Shown one piece after another: positions 1 to 10,716 of a DNA stretch of 64,000 nucleotides (within the stretch, counting starts at the first letter, position 1; each line of letters opens with the position of its first letter). Origin of the DNA: an uncultured Enterobacteriaceae bacterium (GTDB taxonomy: Bacteria; Pseudomonadota; Gammaproteobacteria; Pseudomonadales; Pseudohongiellaceae); the NCBI GenBank assembly GCA_964490145.1, contig CAZBBS010000004.1:261-64260 (forward strand), read 5' to 3'. Position numbers and translations under genes: made by a program. The notes beneath the pieces are model-generated. The model was given only the letters and a program-made list of their open reading frames with translations, was not told the origin of the DNA and did no database searches.

Positions 1-364
1 TCAGGCCGCACTGCCAGAGCTGATTCAGTGCCAGAAGGGTGCTGGCAGCATCCGAACTGCCACCGCCGATGCCGCCGCCAGTGGGCAGATGTTTGGTCAC
101 GGTGATGTCGACACCGCTGTTGGTACCGGAGTACTGTTGAAGGAGACTGGCCGCCCTGACTACCAGGTTGTCGGGGGTTTCCAGCCCGGGTTCTGAGCAC
201 GAGAGACCAATGTGTCCCGACTCGTTGGGGATGAATGCCAGTTCATCCCCAAAATCCAGCAGCTGGAAAACAGTTTGCAGGTCGTGATAACCATCTGGCC
301 GCTGACCGGTAATGTGGAGGAATAGATTCAGTTTGGCTGGTGCCGGCAGGGATAAAGCCCTCAT
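1..364 (-). CDS. ispE: 4-diphosphocytidyl-2-C-methyl-D-erythritol kinase, N-terminal part (gene runs off the window start)
   Basis: My translation of the minus strand from the ATG at 364 gives [33 protein letters not shown]...[15 protein letters not shown], a typical IspE N-terminus with the GHMP glycine-rich loop. It has an ATGA overlap with the lolB stop and follows the canonical lolB-ispE order. Confidence 0.85.
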   Translation of the reverse strand, partial: MRALSLPAPAKLNLFLHITGQRPDGYHDLQTVFQLLDFGDELAFIPNESGHIGLSCSEPGLETPDNLVVRAASLLQQYSGTNSGVDITVTKHLPTGGGIGGGSSDAASTLLALNQLWQCGL

Positions 365-975
365 TGTGACTGTTCCCTGACTTGCCAGTCACTGATCACA
401 AAAGTCAGCCGGTAAGGGGGACGCTCCAGTCTGAGCCTGCCTGGCAGGATCACGCCTCCGGTTTCGCTGAAACGGTCATACTGCAGTTCCCAGCGCTGGC
501 CGCTGCTGTCGGCCTGGGACAGGGTGGCCAGCAGGCCCTCCGGCGTAAAGCTTTGTTCTGCGCGGCGTTGCGGGGATGGCAGTCCCCGAATCCAGAAAAG
601 TAATTCACTGGCGGGGAAGGCATAACCTAAAAGCTCTACAGAGATGGCTTCCAGACTTGGAGCCAGTACGGGTTCCTCGCCGGCTTTTTCAATGATGACT
701 TGGGTATTGTCACCACTGACCTGTACGGCGCCCAGACCAAGGGTGCCGCTAAGACTGATATCGTAGTCCTGATAATGCTGCTGCCAGTTGATATTGACGG
801 TGTCCGAACTGTCGGGGGTCCTGATATTCAGGCGGCCACGCAGGGCCCACTGTTCAAGCTGCCCAACCTGCTGCTGGTAATTGTCGGGTAAGGAGGAGGG
901 GGCTGGCCCCAGGTTTGCACATGAGGTCAGCAACAGGCCCGACAGGACCGGGAAAATGACGCGAAGGGCAAACAA
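361..975 (-). CDS. lolB: outer-membrane lipoprotein LolB
   Basis: 204 aa with a signal peptide and lipobox LLTSC. It lies between the TPR protein and ispE, divergent from hemA, as in Pseudomonas and E. coli. Confidence 0.8.
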   Translation of the reverse strand: MFALRVIFPVLSGLLLTSCANLGPAPSSLPDNYQQQVGQLEQWALRGRLNIRTPDSSDTVNINWQQHYQDYDISLSGTLGLGAVQVSGDNTQVIIEKAGEEPVLAPSLEAISVELLGYAFPASELLFWIRGLPSPQRRAEQSFTPEGLLATLSQADSSGQRWELQYDRFSETGGVILPGRLRLERPPYRLTFVISDWQVREQSQ

Positions 976-976
976 A

Positions 977-2806
977 TCAGCTGGATGGGCCGTCGGTCAG
1001 GCGGTCCATGGTGCTGCGGATATACTCACTGTCCGGCTGGTCCTGCAGGGCTTTTCGCCACACACTGCGGGCTTCGGATTTTTCACCCATCACCCAAAGC
1101 ACCTCACCCAGGTGGGCGGCCACTTCATGATCCGGGAACAGTTCATAAGCCTCTTCCAGGTTCTTGCGGGCATCGGCATACAGCCCCATGCGGTACTGAA
1201 CCCAGCCCAGGCTGTCGATGATCGCCGGGTCGTTCGGGGCCAGTTCAAAGGCGCGCTGAATCAGGCCGTAGGCTTCCTGAATGCGATCTGTCCGGTCGGC
1301 CAGAATATAGCCCAGGCTGTTGTAAGCCACCGGGTTGTTGGGGTTGAGCTGTATGATCTTGCGCAGATCCTTTTCCATCAATTCAAGATCGTTGGTTTCC
1401 TGGCTGTAAACCGAGCGCAGGAACAACAGCTGGATATTGTTTGGAAAGGCACCCACCGCGCTATTGAGCACCAGGGCAGCTTCATCCATATGTCCTTCAT
1501 CCATCAGCACATTGGCTTCCATGGTGAGCAGGGGAATATTGTAATCCGGGTTGCGGAAACGGACATTCTGGAAGCGGGCTTTGACTTCCGAGTAGCGACC
1601 CTCGCGAATCATCAGCTCCGCCAGGTTGCGCTGGGCCTGCAGGAAATTGCCCCCGCCATTGACATTGAAGAAATGCTGGATGGCGGCATTGGTGTTGTTT
1701 TCCTGGATGCTGATATAGCCGAGATAGTAATGGGCATCATCCAGGCGCTGGGCATTATCGACAAGGCGCTGGAAATACAGTTTGGCATCATTGAGCATGT
1801 TGATTTCCATGCTGATGAGCGCCAGGGAATAGAGCATGTCGTAATCGTCCGGGAACTGTTCAACGATGATCTTGAACTGGTCCCTTGCTTCCCGGTAGCG
1901 TTCCTCGTCAACCAGCTTGCGGGCATACTGGAAGCGCAGCTCCTTGTGATTGTCGTTATTCCTTAATGCCTGCTGGAGTCGTCGTTTGGCCTTGTCACCT
2001 TCTCCCATCTGCTCCAGCAGTTCCACTTCCAGAATGACAACTTCAGCGTTGTCGTTCATTTCCCTGGACAGGGCGCTCACAAGCTCAAGAGATTGCTCTG
2101 TCTGCTCATTCTGCTGGTACAGATGAGCCAGCCCAAGTCGCAGGGACTGATCAGCGGGGTACTGAATCCTGAGCTCTTCAAAATCACTGATCAGGGCATC
2201 CAGGAAGAGGTTGGCGTTGGTGTCCATGGCCGTGCGGTTGGTGATCAGCCTGAAATCCAGCGTTGAACCCAAAGCCAGCAGGGTCTTCATATGCGTCAGT
2301 GCTTCGCGGTAACGCCCGAGGGTGACCATCTGGAAGGCCAGGGTTCTCAGGGCTTCCTGGGATTCAGGTTCCTGATCCAGCCAGAGGTTGCCCATTTCAA
2401 TTGCCGCCGGGACATCCCTGAGAAAGGATGCTATCCGTGAGGCACGCTTGATTATGTTGATGTCGTTGGTTTCACGGGCCAGAGACAGATAATCCGTGAG
2501 GGCCTGCTGGTTGTAGCCGCGCTGGCCTGCCATTTCTGCCAGAATCACGCGCGTGAGGATGTCTTCGGGGAAATTGCCGTACTGAATATCCTGGGGGGGC
2601 GGCAGTGTCTGATCGTGGGGATTGGCATCGGCAACCTGTTGGCTGGCGGCATCCGTTGGCGCGGTACTGGATTCTGCTTCAGTATTACGTTCTTCTACCG
2701 TAGCACAAGCTGTCAGCAGGCTTGAAAAGACAAGGGCCAACAGGGAAGCCCCATGCCGGCGAAGGCGGGCAGCGGCTGTCAGATGATTTAAGCAGGAAAT
2801 GATCAT
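977..2806 (-). CDS. TPR-repeat lipoprotein (PA4667-like)
   Basis: 609 aa with lipobox LLTAC and many TPR-like A/L/Y-rich repeats. It holds the conserved position upstream of lolB. Confidence 0.75.
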   Translation of the reverse strand: MIISCLNHLTAAARLRRHGASLLALVFSSLLTACATVEERNTEAESSTAPTDAASQQVADANPHDQTLPPPQDIQYGNFPEDILTRVILAEMAGQRGYNQQALTDYLSLARETNDINIIKRASRIASFLRDVPAAIEMGNLWLDQEPESQEALRTLAFQMVTLGRYREALTHMKTLLALGSTLDFRLITNRTAMDTNANLFLDALISDFEELRIQYPADQSLRLGLAHLYQQNEQTEQSLELVSALSREMNDNAEVVILEVELLEQMGEGDKAKRRLQQALRNNDNHKELRFQYARKLVDEERYREARDQFKIIVEQFPDDYDMLYSLALISMEINMLNDAKLYFQRLVDNAQRLDDAHYYLGYISIQENNTNAAIQHFFNVNGGGNFLQAQRNLAELMIREGRYSEVKARFQNVRFRNPDYNIPLLTMEANVLMDEGHMDEAALVLNSAVGAFPNNIQLLFLRSVYSQETNDLELMEKDLRKIIQLNPNNPVAYNSLGYILADRTDRIQEAYGLIQRAFELAPNDPAIIDSLGWVQYRMGLYADARKNLEEAYELFPDHEVAAHLGEVLWVMGEKSEARSVWRKALQDQPDSEYIRSTMDRLTDGPSS

Positions 2807-3013
2807 ATCAGGCTGGTTAGTATAGCGTTCGGTGAGGTTTTCTCAATCCTGGCAAGATCGCAGGGAATGCAGCGGTATTGTGACATGAGACCGCGCAAGA
2901 CCATAAATCGTTCCCTGGACCTGATGTTGCCGAAGCAGGCAAAAATAGGCACAGCAAGCTCTATTGAGTAAAATAACCCGTTTGGCACTTTCAGGCACTA
3001 GAACCGGTCATCC

Positions 3014-4348
3014 ATGGCAACTTTTGTATTAGGCATCAACCACAATACCGCGAGCGTCGATGTTCGCGAAAAGGTGGCTTTCGTGCCTGAAAAAATGCAT
3101 GACGCGCTTCAGCAGGCCTGTGCTGAAGTCGGGCTGGATGAAATAGTGATTGTCTCCACCTGCAACCGGACCGAACTTTATTGCGAGCCGGGAGAAGGCA
3201 AGGCCGGTGTCAGGCAGGCAGACCAGGTTCAGGCCCATGTTGGACAGTGGCTGGCCGCCTACCATGATCTTCAGCAGGCGCAGTTGCAGAATTGTGTTTA
3301 TATCCACCAGGACATGGACGCGGTCAGGCATGCCATGAAAGTGGCCAGTGGACTGGATTCCATGGTCCTCGGTGAACCCCAGATTCTTGGACAGCTGAAG
3401 TCAGCCTATGCCGTGGCTCGTGAAGCAGGCACTGTAGGCAACGGACTGAGCCGCCTGTTTGAAGATACCTTTGCGGTGGCCAAACAGGTGCGAACTGACA
3501 CGGCGATTGGTGAAAACCCGGTATCGGTTGCCTTTGCCGCTGTTACGCTGGCCCAGCATATCTTCAGCGACCTGAGCAATGCCAAGGCGTTGATGATCGG
3601 CGCCGGACGGACCATCGAACTGGTGGTGCAGCACCTGCAGCGGGCAGGGGTGAAAAACGTGTCAGTGGCCAACCGCACCCTGGAGCGGGCGCTGGAACTG
3701 AAAGAAAAATACGGCATCAAGGAAGTGCTGATTGCTGAGCTACCTGAGCAACTGGTCCACGCGGATATCGTGGTCAGCTCCACGGCCAGCCAATTGCCCA
3801 TCCTGGGGAAGGGAGCGGTGGAACGGGCTCTTAAGGCGCGACGCCACAAACCCATTTTCATGGTGGATCTGGCTGTGCCCCGGGACATTGAGCCCGAAGT
3901 GGCAGAACTTGAGGATATCTACCTCTACAGTGTGGATGACCTGGCCCAGGTGATCGACAGCAACAAACAGAACCGCCTGGATGCTGCCCTGGAAGCAGAA
4001 AAGATCATTGACCAGGGCGTGAGTAATTTCGAGGAAAAACAGCGTTCCCTCGGTATCGTGCCGATGCTCAAGAATTTCCGTCAAAAGGCCGAGCAGATTC
4101 GTGACCTGGAGCTTGAAAAGGCCCTCAAACAGCTGGAGAAAGGTGACAAGCCGGAAAAAGTCATGGCCAATCTTGCCCGCCTGCTGACCAACAAGCTGAT
4201 ACACGCACCCAGTGTACAGATGAAAAAGGCCAGTGCTGACGGCCGCAATGAATTGATCCAGCTGGCCGAAGAATTGTTTGAACTGGAAGCCAGCAACGAA
4301 GATGTCACGACCTTCGATCCCGAAGACGAACAGCAAAACAAACCCTGA
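3014..4348 (+). CDS. hemA: glutamyl-tRNA reductase
   Basis: 444 aa with the N-terminal LGINHNTA...[10 protein letters not shown] active-site Cys motif and an NADPH-domain GAGR motif. It heads the hemA-prfA-prmC operon. Confidence 0.95.
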   Translation: MATFVLGINHNTASVDVREKVAFVPEKMHDALQQACAEVGLDEIVIVSTCNRTELYCEPGEGKAGVRQADQVQAHVGQWLAAYHDLQQAQLQNCVYIHQDMDAVRHAMKVASGLDSMVLGEPQILGQLKSAYAVAREAGTVGNGLSRLFEDTFAVAKQVRTDTAIGENPVSVAFAAVTLAQHIFSDLSNAKALMIGAGRTIELVVQHLQRAGVKNVSVANRTLERALELKEKYGIKEVLIAELPEQLVHADIVVSSTASQLPILGKGAVERALKARRHKPIFMVDLAVPRDIEPEVAELEDIYLYSVDDLAQVIDSNKQNRLDAALEAEKIIDQGVSNFEEKQRSLGIVPMLKNFRQKAEQIRDLELEKALKQLEKGDKPEKVMANLARLLTNKLIHAPSVQMKKASADGRNELIQLAEELFELEASNEDVTTFDPEDEQQNKP

Positions 4349-4405
4349 GCCGCAATGCTTTTGTGCCCTGGGCAGTAGTTACCCCCTAAATAGAATCCAC
4401 ACTAT

Positions 4406-5488
4406 ATGAATCCATCAGTCAGTATCAAACTGGAAAACCTCAGGGACCGTTACGAGGAACTCGAGGCTCTGCTCAGTGATGCAGAAGTTATCAGCAACCA
4501 GGAAAGGTTTCGGACCTATTCCAAGGAATATGCCGAGCTGGAACCTGTTGTGCAGTGTTTCCAGCGATACCGCCAGGTAGTGGATGATCTGGAAGGGGCG
4601 AAGCTTCTGCAAAAGGATAGTGATCCGGAAGTCCGGGAAATGGCGGAGGAGGAAGTTCTCAGTGCCCAGGAGCAGTTGCAGGACCTTGATGTGGAACTGC
4701 AAAAACTGCTGCTGCCCAAAGATCCCAAGGACAGCTGCAACGTGTTTCTCGAAGTGCGTGCCGGCACCGGAGGCGATGAAGCTGCCATTTTTGCCGGCGA
4801 TCTGTTTCGCATGTATTCGCGTTATGCTGAAACCCAGGGTTGGGCGGTGGAAGTCATCAGTGAACGCCCGGGAGAGCATGGCGGCTACAAGGAAATCATT
4901 GCCCGCCTGGAAGGCAAGAATGTTTACGGGCAGTTGAAGTTTGAATCCGGCGCCCATCGGGTGCAGCGAGTTCCGGAAACCGAAACCCAGGGCCGTGTTC
5001 ACACCTCTGCCTGTACCGTTGCGGTGATGCCTGAAGTGGAGGATGTTGAGCAGATTGAAATCAACAAGAACGACTTGCGTATAGATACCTTCCGGGCCAG
5101 TGGTGCCGGCGGCCAGCACGTGAACAAAACAGATTCGGCCATCCGCATGACCCATATTCCCACCGGCATAGTCGTGGAGTGTCAGGATGAGCGTTCACAG
5201 CACAAGAACCGTGCCCGGGCCATGTCTCTGTTGCAGGCCAAACTGCAGGCAGCGGCCGAGGCCGAGTACCATAAGGAACAGTCCGACACCCGTCGCAATC
5301 TGGTGGGCAGCGGAGACCGCTCCGAAAAAATCAGGACTTACAATTATCCTGATGGCAGAATCACGGATCACCGGATCAATCTCAAACTGAACAAGCTGGC
5401 TGATGTTATGGCCGGTGATATCGGGGAAATCATCCAGTCGCTGATCACCGAACATCAGGCAGATCAGCTGGCTGAAATGGCAAGCTAA
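4406..5488 (+). CDS. prfA: peptide chain release factor 1
   Basis: 360 aa with the GGQ motif ([11 protein letters not shown]) and the RVQRVPETE region at the RF1 P-x-T position. Confidence 0.95.
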   Translation: MNPSVSIKLENLRDRYEELEALLSDAEVISNQERFRTYSKEYAELEPVVQCFQRYRQVVDDLEGAKLLQKDSDPEVREMAEEEVLSAQEQLQDLDVELQKLLLPKDPKDSCNVFLEVRAGTGGDEAAIFAGDLFRMYSRYAETQGWAVEVISERPGEHGGYKEIIARLEGKNVYGQLKFESGAHRVQRVPETETQGRVHTSACTVAVMPEVEDVEQIEINKNDLRIDTFRASGAGGQHVNKTDSAIRMTHIPTGIVVECQDERSQHKNRARAMSLLQAKLQAAAEAEYHKEQSDTRRNLVGSGDRSEKIRTYNYPDGRITDHRINLKLNKLADVMAGDIGEIIQSLITEHQADQLAEMAS

Positions 5489-5507
5489 CCCAACAGGTCC
5501 AAAGGCC

Positions 5508-6359
5508 ATGGCAACCATCAGGCAATTAATCGCGGATGGCGAGGCAGCATTATCCGACAGCGACAGTGCCCGTCTGGATGCTGAAATCCTGCTGGCGACC
5601 TCCATAAAACAGAGTCGCACCTGGTTGTATACCTGGCCTGATCACATCCCGACACTGCCGGAGCAGCACCTTTACCTGGAATTGATCAGGCGCCGCCAGA
5701 CAGGTGAGCCAGTTGCCTACCTTTGCGGACGTCGCGAATTCTGGGGACTATCCCTGAAAGTGGATCATAACGTCCTTATCCCCCGGCCGGAGACGGAGTT
5801 GTTGGTGGAAACCGTATTGGCTCGTCTGGATAAGAAGCTCGAAGCAACGGTCGCTGATCTTGGGACGGGTTCCGGTGCCATCGCCCTGGCCCTGGGGAGT
5901 GAAAAACCTGCCTGGAAAATTGTGGCAACTGACCAGTCAGAGGGAGCGCTGGAAGTTGCCAGGGAAAATGCCAGAGCACTCAATGTACCCAACGTGGTTT
6001 TCAGGGCAGGTGAATGGACCCAGGCCCTGGATAAAACCCATTTCGATGTCATCGTCAGTAACCCGCCCTATATTGAAGAAGGTGACTGCCACCTGGTCGA
6101 AGGGGATGTCCGGTTTGAACCGGTTTCTGCCCTGGTGTCGGGCAAGGATGGACTGGAGGATATTCGGCAGATTGCCGGAACTTGCCGGGAGTTTTTGCAG
6201 CTTGGCGGCTGGTTGATGCTCGAACATGGTTACAACCAGGGAGAAAGTGTGCGTCAGATTATGACAGTTGAAGGTTACACTGATATTGAAACGCTTGAAG
6301 ACCTTGCAGGTCATGACCGGGTTACACTGGGTCGTAATTTTCCCGATATCCTGGAATAG
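5508..6359 (+). CDS. prmC: release-factor glutamine N5-methyltransferase
   Basis: 283 aa with the SAM motif DLGTGSGAIAL and the NPPY motif (VSNPPYI). It lies directly downstream of prfA. Confidence 0.9.
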   Translation: MATIRQLIADGEAALSDSDSARLDAEILLATSIKQSRTWLYTWPDHIPTLPEQHLYLELIRRRQTGEPVAYLCGRREFWGLSLKVDHNVLIPRPETELLVETVLARLDKKLEATVADLGTGSGAIALALGSEKPAWKIVATDQSEGALEVARENARALNVPNVVFRAGEWTQALDKTHFDVIVSNPPYIEEGDCHLVEGDVRFEPVSALVSGKDGLEDIRQIAGTCREFLQLGGWLMLEHGYNQGESVRQIMTVEGYTDIETLEDLAGHDRVTLGRNFPDILE

Positions 6360-6364
6360 ATGTA

Positions 6365-7105
6365 ATGAACGACGAACAATTATTACGATACAGCAGACAG
6401 ATCATGCTGCCCCAGATGGATATCGCAGGCCAGGAAGCCCTGCTTGCCGCCCGTGTGCTGATCATCGGACTCGGTGGGCTGGGTTGTCCAGCAGCGATGT
6501 ACCTTGCCAGTAGTGGCATAGGTGAGCTTGTTCTGGTGGATGATGATGTTGTTGATATGAGCAACCTGCAGCGGCAGATTGCCCATACCAGCAGCAATAT
6601 CGGCATGGATAAAGTGGCATCTGCCAGACAGACCCTTGAGGGGCTCAACGACAGCGTCAGTATTTCCACTATAGCCCATCGCCTGGAAGGAGAGTCGTTG
6701 GACGAGGAAGTCCGCAAGGCCGACGTGGTGCTGGATTGCACGGACAATTTCAGCAGTCGTTTCGCCATCAATGATGCCGCAGTCAAAAACCGGACCCCCG
6801 TGGTATCAGGCGCAGCCATCCGGCTGGATGGGCAGGTAAGTGTTTTTGATCATCGTGATCCGGCGCAACCCTGTTACCGCTGTCTTTACCAGGACGGCAA
6901 TGATGAGCAATTGAGCTGCTCGCAAAATGGGGTCATGGCCCCCCTGGTTGGCATTATCGGTACTTTACAGGCCATGGAAGCCATCAAGGTCATCACCGGA
7001 ATAGGGAAAACCCTGGCCGGGCGTTTGCTGTTTCTGGATGCCCAGACCATGCAGTTTCGTGAAATGAAGCTGTCCAGACGTGCTGAGTGCCCCTGCCATA
7101 TCTGA
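6365..7105 (+). CDS. moeB: ThiF/MoeB/HesA-family adenylyltransferase (probably molybdopterin-synthase adenylyltransferase)
   Basis: 246 aa with RYSRQI, the GLGGLG nucleotide loop and C-terminal CxxC...CxC. Its position after prmC matches Pseudomonas. Confidence 0.75.
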   Translation: MNDEQLLRYSRQIMLPQMDIAGQEALLAARVLIIGLGGLGCPAAMYLASSGIGELVLVDDDVVDMSNLQRQIAHTSSNIGMDKVASARQTLEGLNDSVSISTIAHRLEGESLDEEVRKADVVLDCTDNFSSRFAINDAAVKNRTPVVSGAAIRLDGQVSVFDHRDPAQPCYRCLYQDGNDEQLSCSQNGVMAPLVGIIGTLQAMEAIKVITGIGKTLAGRLLFLDAQTMQFREMKLSRRAECPCHI

Positions 7106-7161
7106 GCAGCCTTTTCATATTTGATCTGGGTCAACCTGGATCGACATTCCGGTTTTCCTCT

Positions 7162-7190
7162 CTTGAAGCTCTCGGGTCAGGCCGCACATA
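7162..7190 (+). promoter_or_regulatory. sigma-32-like heat-shock promoter upstream of the Hsp20 gene
   Basis: CTTGAA (7162-7167), a 14-nt spacer, then CCGCACATA (7182-7190). The consensus is CTTGAA-N13-14-CCCCATnT. The site lies about 80 nt upstream of the Hsp20 ATG. Confidence 0.5.
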
Positions 7191-7268
7191 GGCCTTATGC
7201 AGGAGATGTTCCTGCCATGACCTAACACAGCACTGGCCTTGTGAGGCCAGTTTACAGGAGAGTTGATA

Positions 7269-7697
7269 ATGAACCTGATTCACAAACACCCGTCATTCGG
7301 CGCACTGGATTCCTTTTTTAACGACAGCTTCCCCTCATTCAGGCTGCTGCCTGAATCCCGTTTTGATACCGGTAACATTGCGGTCGATATCAGGGAGACC
7401 GAAAACAGCTACAAGGTGACAGCGGATTTTCCTGGCATTGCCAAGGAAGATATTGATGTCACCGTGGATAATAATGTGCTGACCATAGCTGCAGAGCACA
7501 AGGATGAAGCCGAGGAAAAGGATGGCAGTAAAATCATTCGCCAGGAGCGTCGCGTGGGCCGTTACTCCCGCAGTTTCAACCTGGGCAAGAATATTAATCA
7601 AGCTGCCATCAAGGCGGAATTCGATAACGGGGTGCTGACTCTCGACATACCCAAGGGTGACGTGGCGCCAGCCCGAAAACAGATTCCAATCAGGTAA
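7269..7697 (+). CDS. Hsp20/alpha-crystallin small heat-shock protein (IbpA-like)
   Basis: Alpha-crystallin domain signature (AVDIRETENSYKVTADFPGIAKEDIDV...GVLTLDIPK). AGGAGAG lies 7 nt upstream of the ATG at 7269, so the track start at 7263 (TTG) is less likely. Confidence 0.9.
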   Translation: MNLIHKHPSFGALDSFFNDSFPSFRLLPESRFDTGNIAVDIRETENSYKVTADFPGIAKEDIDVTVDNNVLTIAAEHKDEAEEKDGSKIIRQERRVGRYSRSFNLGKNINQAAIKAEFDNGVLTLDIPKGDVAPARKQIPIR

Positions 7698-7701
7698 CCG
7701 G

Positions 7702-7755
7702 CCTTTTCTGCCTGCTTCTGTTGACTTGCCATTGACAGGGGCAGGGCAGGGAAAA
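7702..7755. repeat. imperfect inverted CCTGC/GCAGG array hairpin just after the Hsp20 stop
   Basis: CCTTTTCTGCCTGCTTCTG (7702-7720) faces CAGGGGCAGGGCAGGGAAAAG (7735-7755). It belongs to the GGCAGG/CCTGCC motif family seen at other gene ends in this window. Confidence 0.5.
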
Positions 7756-7861
7756 GTTGATAGATTGTGCAAGAGGCGCTGGTCGCATTGACCTGTTTGG
7801 GGTTGCCTGCAAAAATATTCGGGATATTACATTTTCCTGCTCGCTGCACATTGGAGTTTTC

Positions 7862-8482
7862 ATGCATCGTACTGCCCCTGTTTCCCTGGTCAGACAATTT
7901 GCTGCTGTTGTCGCATTTCTGTCTGGTCTGTTGTTGTTTTCCCCGTCCATGCTGGCAGCGGATTCTGCCAATACCCAGAGTTACACCCTGACACGGCAGT
8001 ATGGCTCCGTGCTGTTCCGGGTCATGCAGCAAAAATACCTGAACCTTGTCGGTCGTTTCGATGACTATTCGGCGAGCCTGTACATGGACTTTGATCACCT
8101 GGAAAACAGCAGGTTGTCTGCCACGGTAAATATGGGGAGCCTGGATATGGCCGATGGCGATGTGGTGGAAACCCTGGTAAACAGCAGTGCCTGGTTCAAT
8201 GCCCCGCTGTATCCTGAAGCCACCTTTACCACCACCAGTGTCGATGTCACTGGCGAGAATACCGCAGATTTTCACGGGGAACTTGATTTCATCGGAGTGA
8301 CCAAGCCGTGGACTTTGCATGTGACCTTTTTCGGTGGCAGTGATGGCAAGCTATCCGGCAGCTCCATCGGCATGCAGGCGGTGGGCAGTTTCAATCGCAC
8401 GGATTTCGGTATGGACCAGTACCTGAATATGGCGGATGATCTGGTGTCCATTGAAGTGAACGTGAAGTTCAACAAGGATTAA
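7862..8482 (+). CDS. YceI-family periplasmic protein
   Basis: The internal ATG at 7862 gives a signal peptide (…LLFSPSMLAADSA). The YceI-like pattern includes …FTTTSVDVTGEN…GELDFIGVTKPW…NRTDFGM. The upstream part of the track ORF lacks protein-like character. Confidence 0.8.
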   Translation: MHRTAPVSLVRQFAAVVAFLSGLLLFSPSMLAADSANTQSYTLTRQYGSVLFRVMQQKYLNLVGRFDDYSASLYMDFDHLENSRLSATVNMGSLDMADGDVVETLVNSSAWFNAPLYPEATFTTTSVDVTGENTADFHGELDFIGVTKPWTLHVTFFGGSDGKLSGSSIGMQAVGSFNRTDFGMDQYLNMADDLVSIEVNVKFNKD

Positions 8483-8502
8483 TTTTAAGAGGATAGGGGT
8501 TT

Positions 8503-8814
8503 ATGACCTTTTTCAAAGTATCAGGTTTGGTGATTCTTTCTTTCGTACTTTCTTCCTGTACCTGGGTAAAGCTGACCCGTGAGGGAGAGAGTGTTGGTAT
8601 CTGGACAGCAGCCGAAGTCGCGAACTGCACGCGAACAGGTACCACAACAGTGGAAGTTCTGGACAAGGCGGTGATAGACCGGAACCCGGAAAAAGTTGCT
8701 CTGGAACTCAGGACACTGGCACGCAACCGTGCAGCAGACAGAGGTAATGTCATCGTCCCCGAGGGGCCGCCCGCCAATGGCGAGCAGACTTTTATCATTT
8801 ACCGCTGCAATTGA
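8503..8814 (+). CDS. small lipoprotein (DUF4156-like)
   Basis: 103 aa with signal peptide and lipobox LSSC. The ending …IIYRC is typical of this small lipoprotein family. The family name is from memory. Confidence 0.65.
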   Translation: MTFFKVSGLVILSFVLSSCTWVKLTREGESVGIWTAAEVANCTRTGTTTVEVLDKAVIDRNPEKVALELRTLARNRAADRGNVIVPEGPPANGEQTFIIYRCN

Positions 8815-8958
8815 CAGGCGCTCTTAACGATATAAGGGTTTTTCTGCCTGAAAGTGGAAATGTGTCGTTTTCAGATTTTCATTTCCCCGCTACCCCCTTT
8901 TGGTTATGATACCCAGCCATTAAATCGATCGATCACAAGCAAGTAGTGCGGTAGCCCA

Positions 8959-10278
8959 TTGACAGTAGAAAATACCGAGCCAGTCGTCACCGAAGCAGAT
9001 TCTGACTCCGGCCTCAAAACCAGGTTCCATGACTTTGATCTTCCAGAGCCTTTGCTCAAGGCAGTTGATGATCTTGGCTTCGAATTCTGTACACCGATTC
9101 AGGCGCAGAGCCTGAAGGTCACCCTGGAAGGGCATGATGTTACCGGCAAAGCGCAAACCGGAACCGGAAAAACTGCCGCCTTTCTCACCACCATCATCAA
9201 TGACCTGTTAAAAAATCCCATAGAGGAAGAACGCTATGTGGGTGAACCCCGGGCATTGATCATTGCGCCTACTCGTGAGCTGGTCATGCAGATTGCCAAG
9301 GATGCCCATGCCCTTTGCAAATATGCCGGTCTGAAAATAGCCACGCTGGTGGGTGGAATCGATTATGAAAAACAGCAGCGGGAACTGGATAACGAAGTCA
9401 TTGATATAGTTGCTGCCACCCCGGGGCGTTTGCTGGATTTTGTCCGTAATCGCAATATTGACCTGGGCATGGTTGAACTGCTGGTACTGGATGAAGCCGA
9501 CAGGATGCTCGACATGGGTTTCATTCCCCAGGTGCGCCAGGTTATTGCTGCCACGCCGAAGAAGGAATTCCGCCAGACGATGCTGTTCAGTGCCACCTTT
9601 ACGCCGGACATCCTGGAACTGGCAGAGCGCTGGGCTGTGGACCCTGTGCGAATCGAGGTGGAAGCCCAGCAACTGACCACTGACAATGTGGACCAGAAAG
9701 TGTACCTGGTGACCACAGATCAGAAATACAACCTGCTCTATAACCTGATCCAGAGTGATGAGGGCGAGAGGGTGATTGTGTTTGCCAATCGCCGTGACCA
9801 GGCCCGCCGCCTGGCCGATAACCTGCATCGCAATGGTGTCAGCGTGGGTCTGTTGTCCGGTGAGATATCACAGCCCAAGCGGGTGAAAACCCTCGAGCAA
9901 TTCAAGAATGATGATATCCAGGTGCTGGTGGCGACTGATGTTGCCGGCCGTGGGTTGCATATTGATGACATCACTCACGTGGTGAATTTCAATCTGCCGG
10001 AAGAAGCTGAAGATTACGTGCATCGTATTGGTCGTACCGGTCGTGCAGGTTCCACCGGAACTTCAATCAGTTTTGCCTGTGAAGATGACTCCTTTCTCCT
10101 GCCGCAGATTGAGGAAACCATAGGGATGAAGCTGAACTGCGAACACCCGCCCGAAGCCCTGCTGGAACAGGCCCCGCCCTTCAGTCGGGAATCCAAGTTC
10201 CGGGCTGAAACCAAAAAACATGGTGGCAGCGGCAGTAAAAGTGGTGGCAGGGGCGGCCACGGACGCGACCGCCGTTAG
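8959..10278 (+). CDS. rhlB: ATP-dependent RNA helicase RhlB
   Basis: It carries the DEAD-box motifs [21 protein letters not shown] and [10 protein letters not shown], plus a basic G/R-rich tail. It is colinear with E. coli RhlB as I recall it. The track start is a TTG, so the exact start is uncertain. Confidence 0.85.
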   Translation: MTVENTEPVVTEADSDSGLKTRFHDFDLPEPLLKAVDDLGFEFCTPIQAQSLKVTLEGHDVTGKAQTGTGKTAAFLTTIINDLLKNPIEEERYVGEPRALIIAPTRELVMQIAKDAHALCKYAGLKIATLVGGIDYEKQQRELDNEVIDIVAATPGRLLDFVRNRNIDLGMVELLVLDEADRMLDMGFIPQVRQVIAATPKKEFRQTMLFSATFTPDILELAERWAVDPVRIEVEAQQLTTDNVDQKVYLVTTDQKYNLLYNLIQSDEGERVIVFANRRDQARRLADNLHRNGVSVGLLSGEISQPKRVKTLEQFKNDDIQVLVATDVAGRGLHIDDITHVVNFNLPEEAEDYVHRIGRTGRAGSTGTSISFACEDDSFLLPQIEETIGMKLNCEHPPEALLEQAPPFSRESKFRAETKKHGGSGSKSGGRGGHGRDRR

Positions 10279-10286
10279 ACTGGCTC

Positions 10287-10601
10287 CTAGTTGGCGCCGG
10301 CTTTTTTCAGAATGTCGGCGTATTCCGAAGAATTGCGATGCTCTGAGACGATTTTAAGGATCGTGGCACCCTGCTGATTGGCTTCATTGATATTGCGACC
10401 AGCCTCAAGGAAAAATCCCACAAAACGTTCAAACGCCTCGGGCACCATGCCGCGATAGGCTTTTTGCAGCACATGAAAGTCAGGGGACTCATCCTGGCTG
10501 GTTTCCATATCAAGAAAGGTTTTCACCCGTTCATCGCTCCACCATTCGTCACGAACGGCTGGCTGGGTTCTGTCGGCACCGGTTTTCTTTTCAGTTTTCA
10601 T
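10287..10601 (-). CDS. conserved hypothetical small protein
   Basis: 104 aa of non-repetitive acidic/basic mixed sequence, downstream of gatB on the same strand. No family recognised. Confidence 0.55.
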   Translation of the reverse strand: MKTEKKTGADRTQPAVRDEWWSDERVKTFLDMETSQDESPDFHVLQKAYRGMVPEAFERFVGFFLEAGRNINEANQQGATILKIVSEHRNSSEYADILKKAGAN

Positions 10602-10716
10602 GGGGGAATTCCCTGATAGTTAACGTATTGGTAATACTGGGGTCAGAGCAACCTGATCACAGGCTGATTTATAAGCCGGATTTCACAGCAATCAAGTTGG
10701 TCTGACCCCGGCCAGG

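Noticed and set aside
881-1966. 361-aa ORF on the plus strand
   Set aside because: It lies entirely antisense to the well-supported TPR lipoprotein gene. The composition is rich in V/G/A/I/Q and mirrors the codons of the opposite strand. It has no motifs and no ribosome-binding site, so it is a shadow ORF.
2983-2998. Sigma-54-like TGGCAC-N5-GGCAC upstream of hemA
   Set aside because: The second element is GGCAC rather than TTGC(A/T). hemA is not known to be sigma-54 dependent, and the site is only about 15 nt from the start codon.
10639-10708. Long-range complementary 9-mers GGGGTCAGA / TCTGACCCC downstream of gatB
   Set aside because: The roughly 50-nt loop and the lack of a U-tract make a terminator call weak, and there is no other support.
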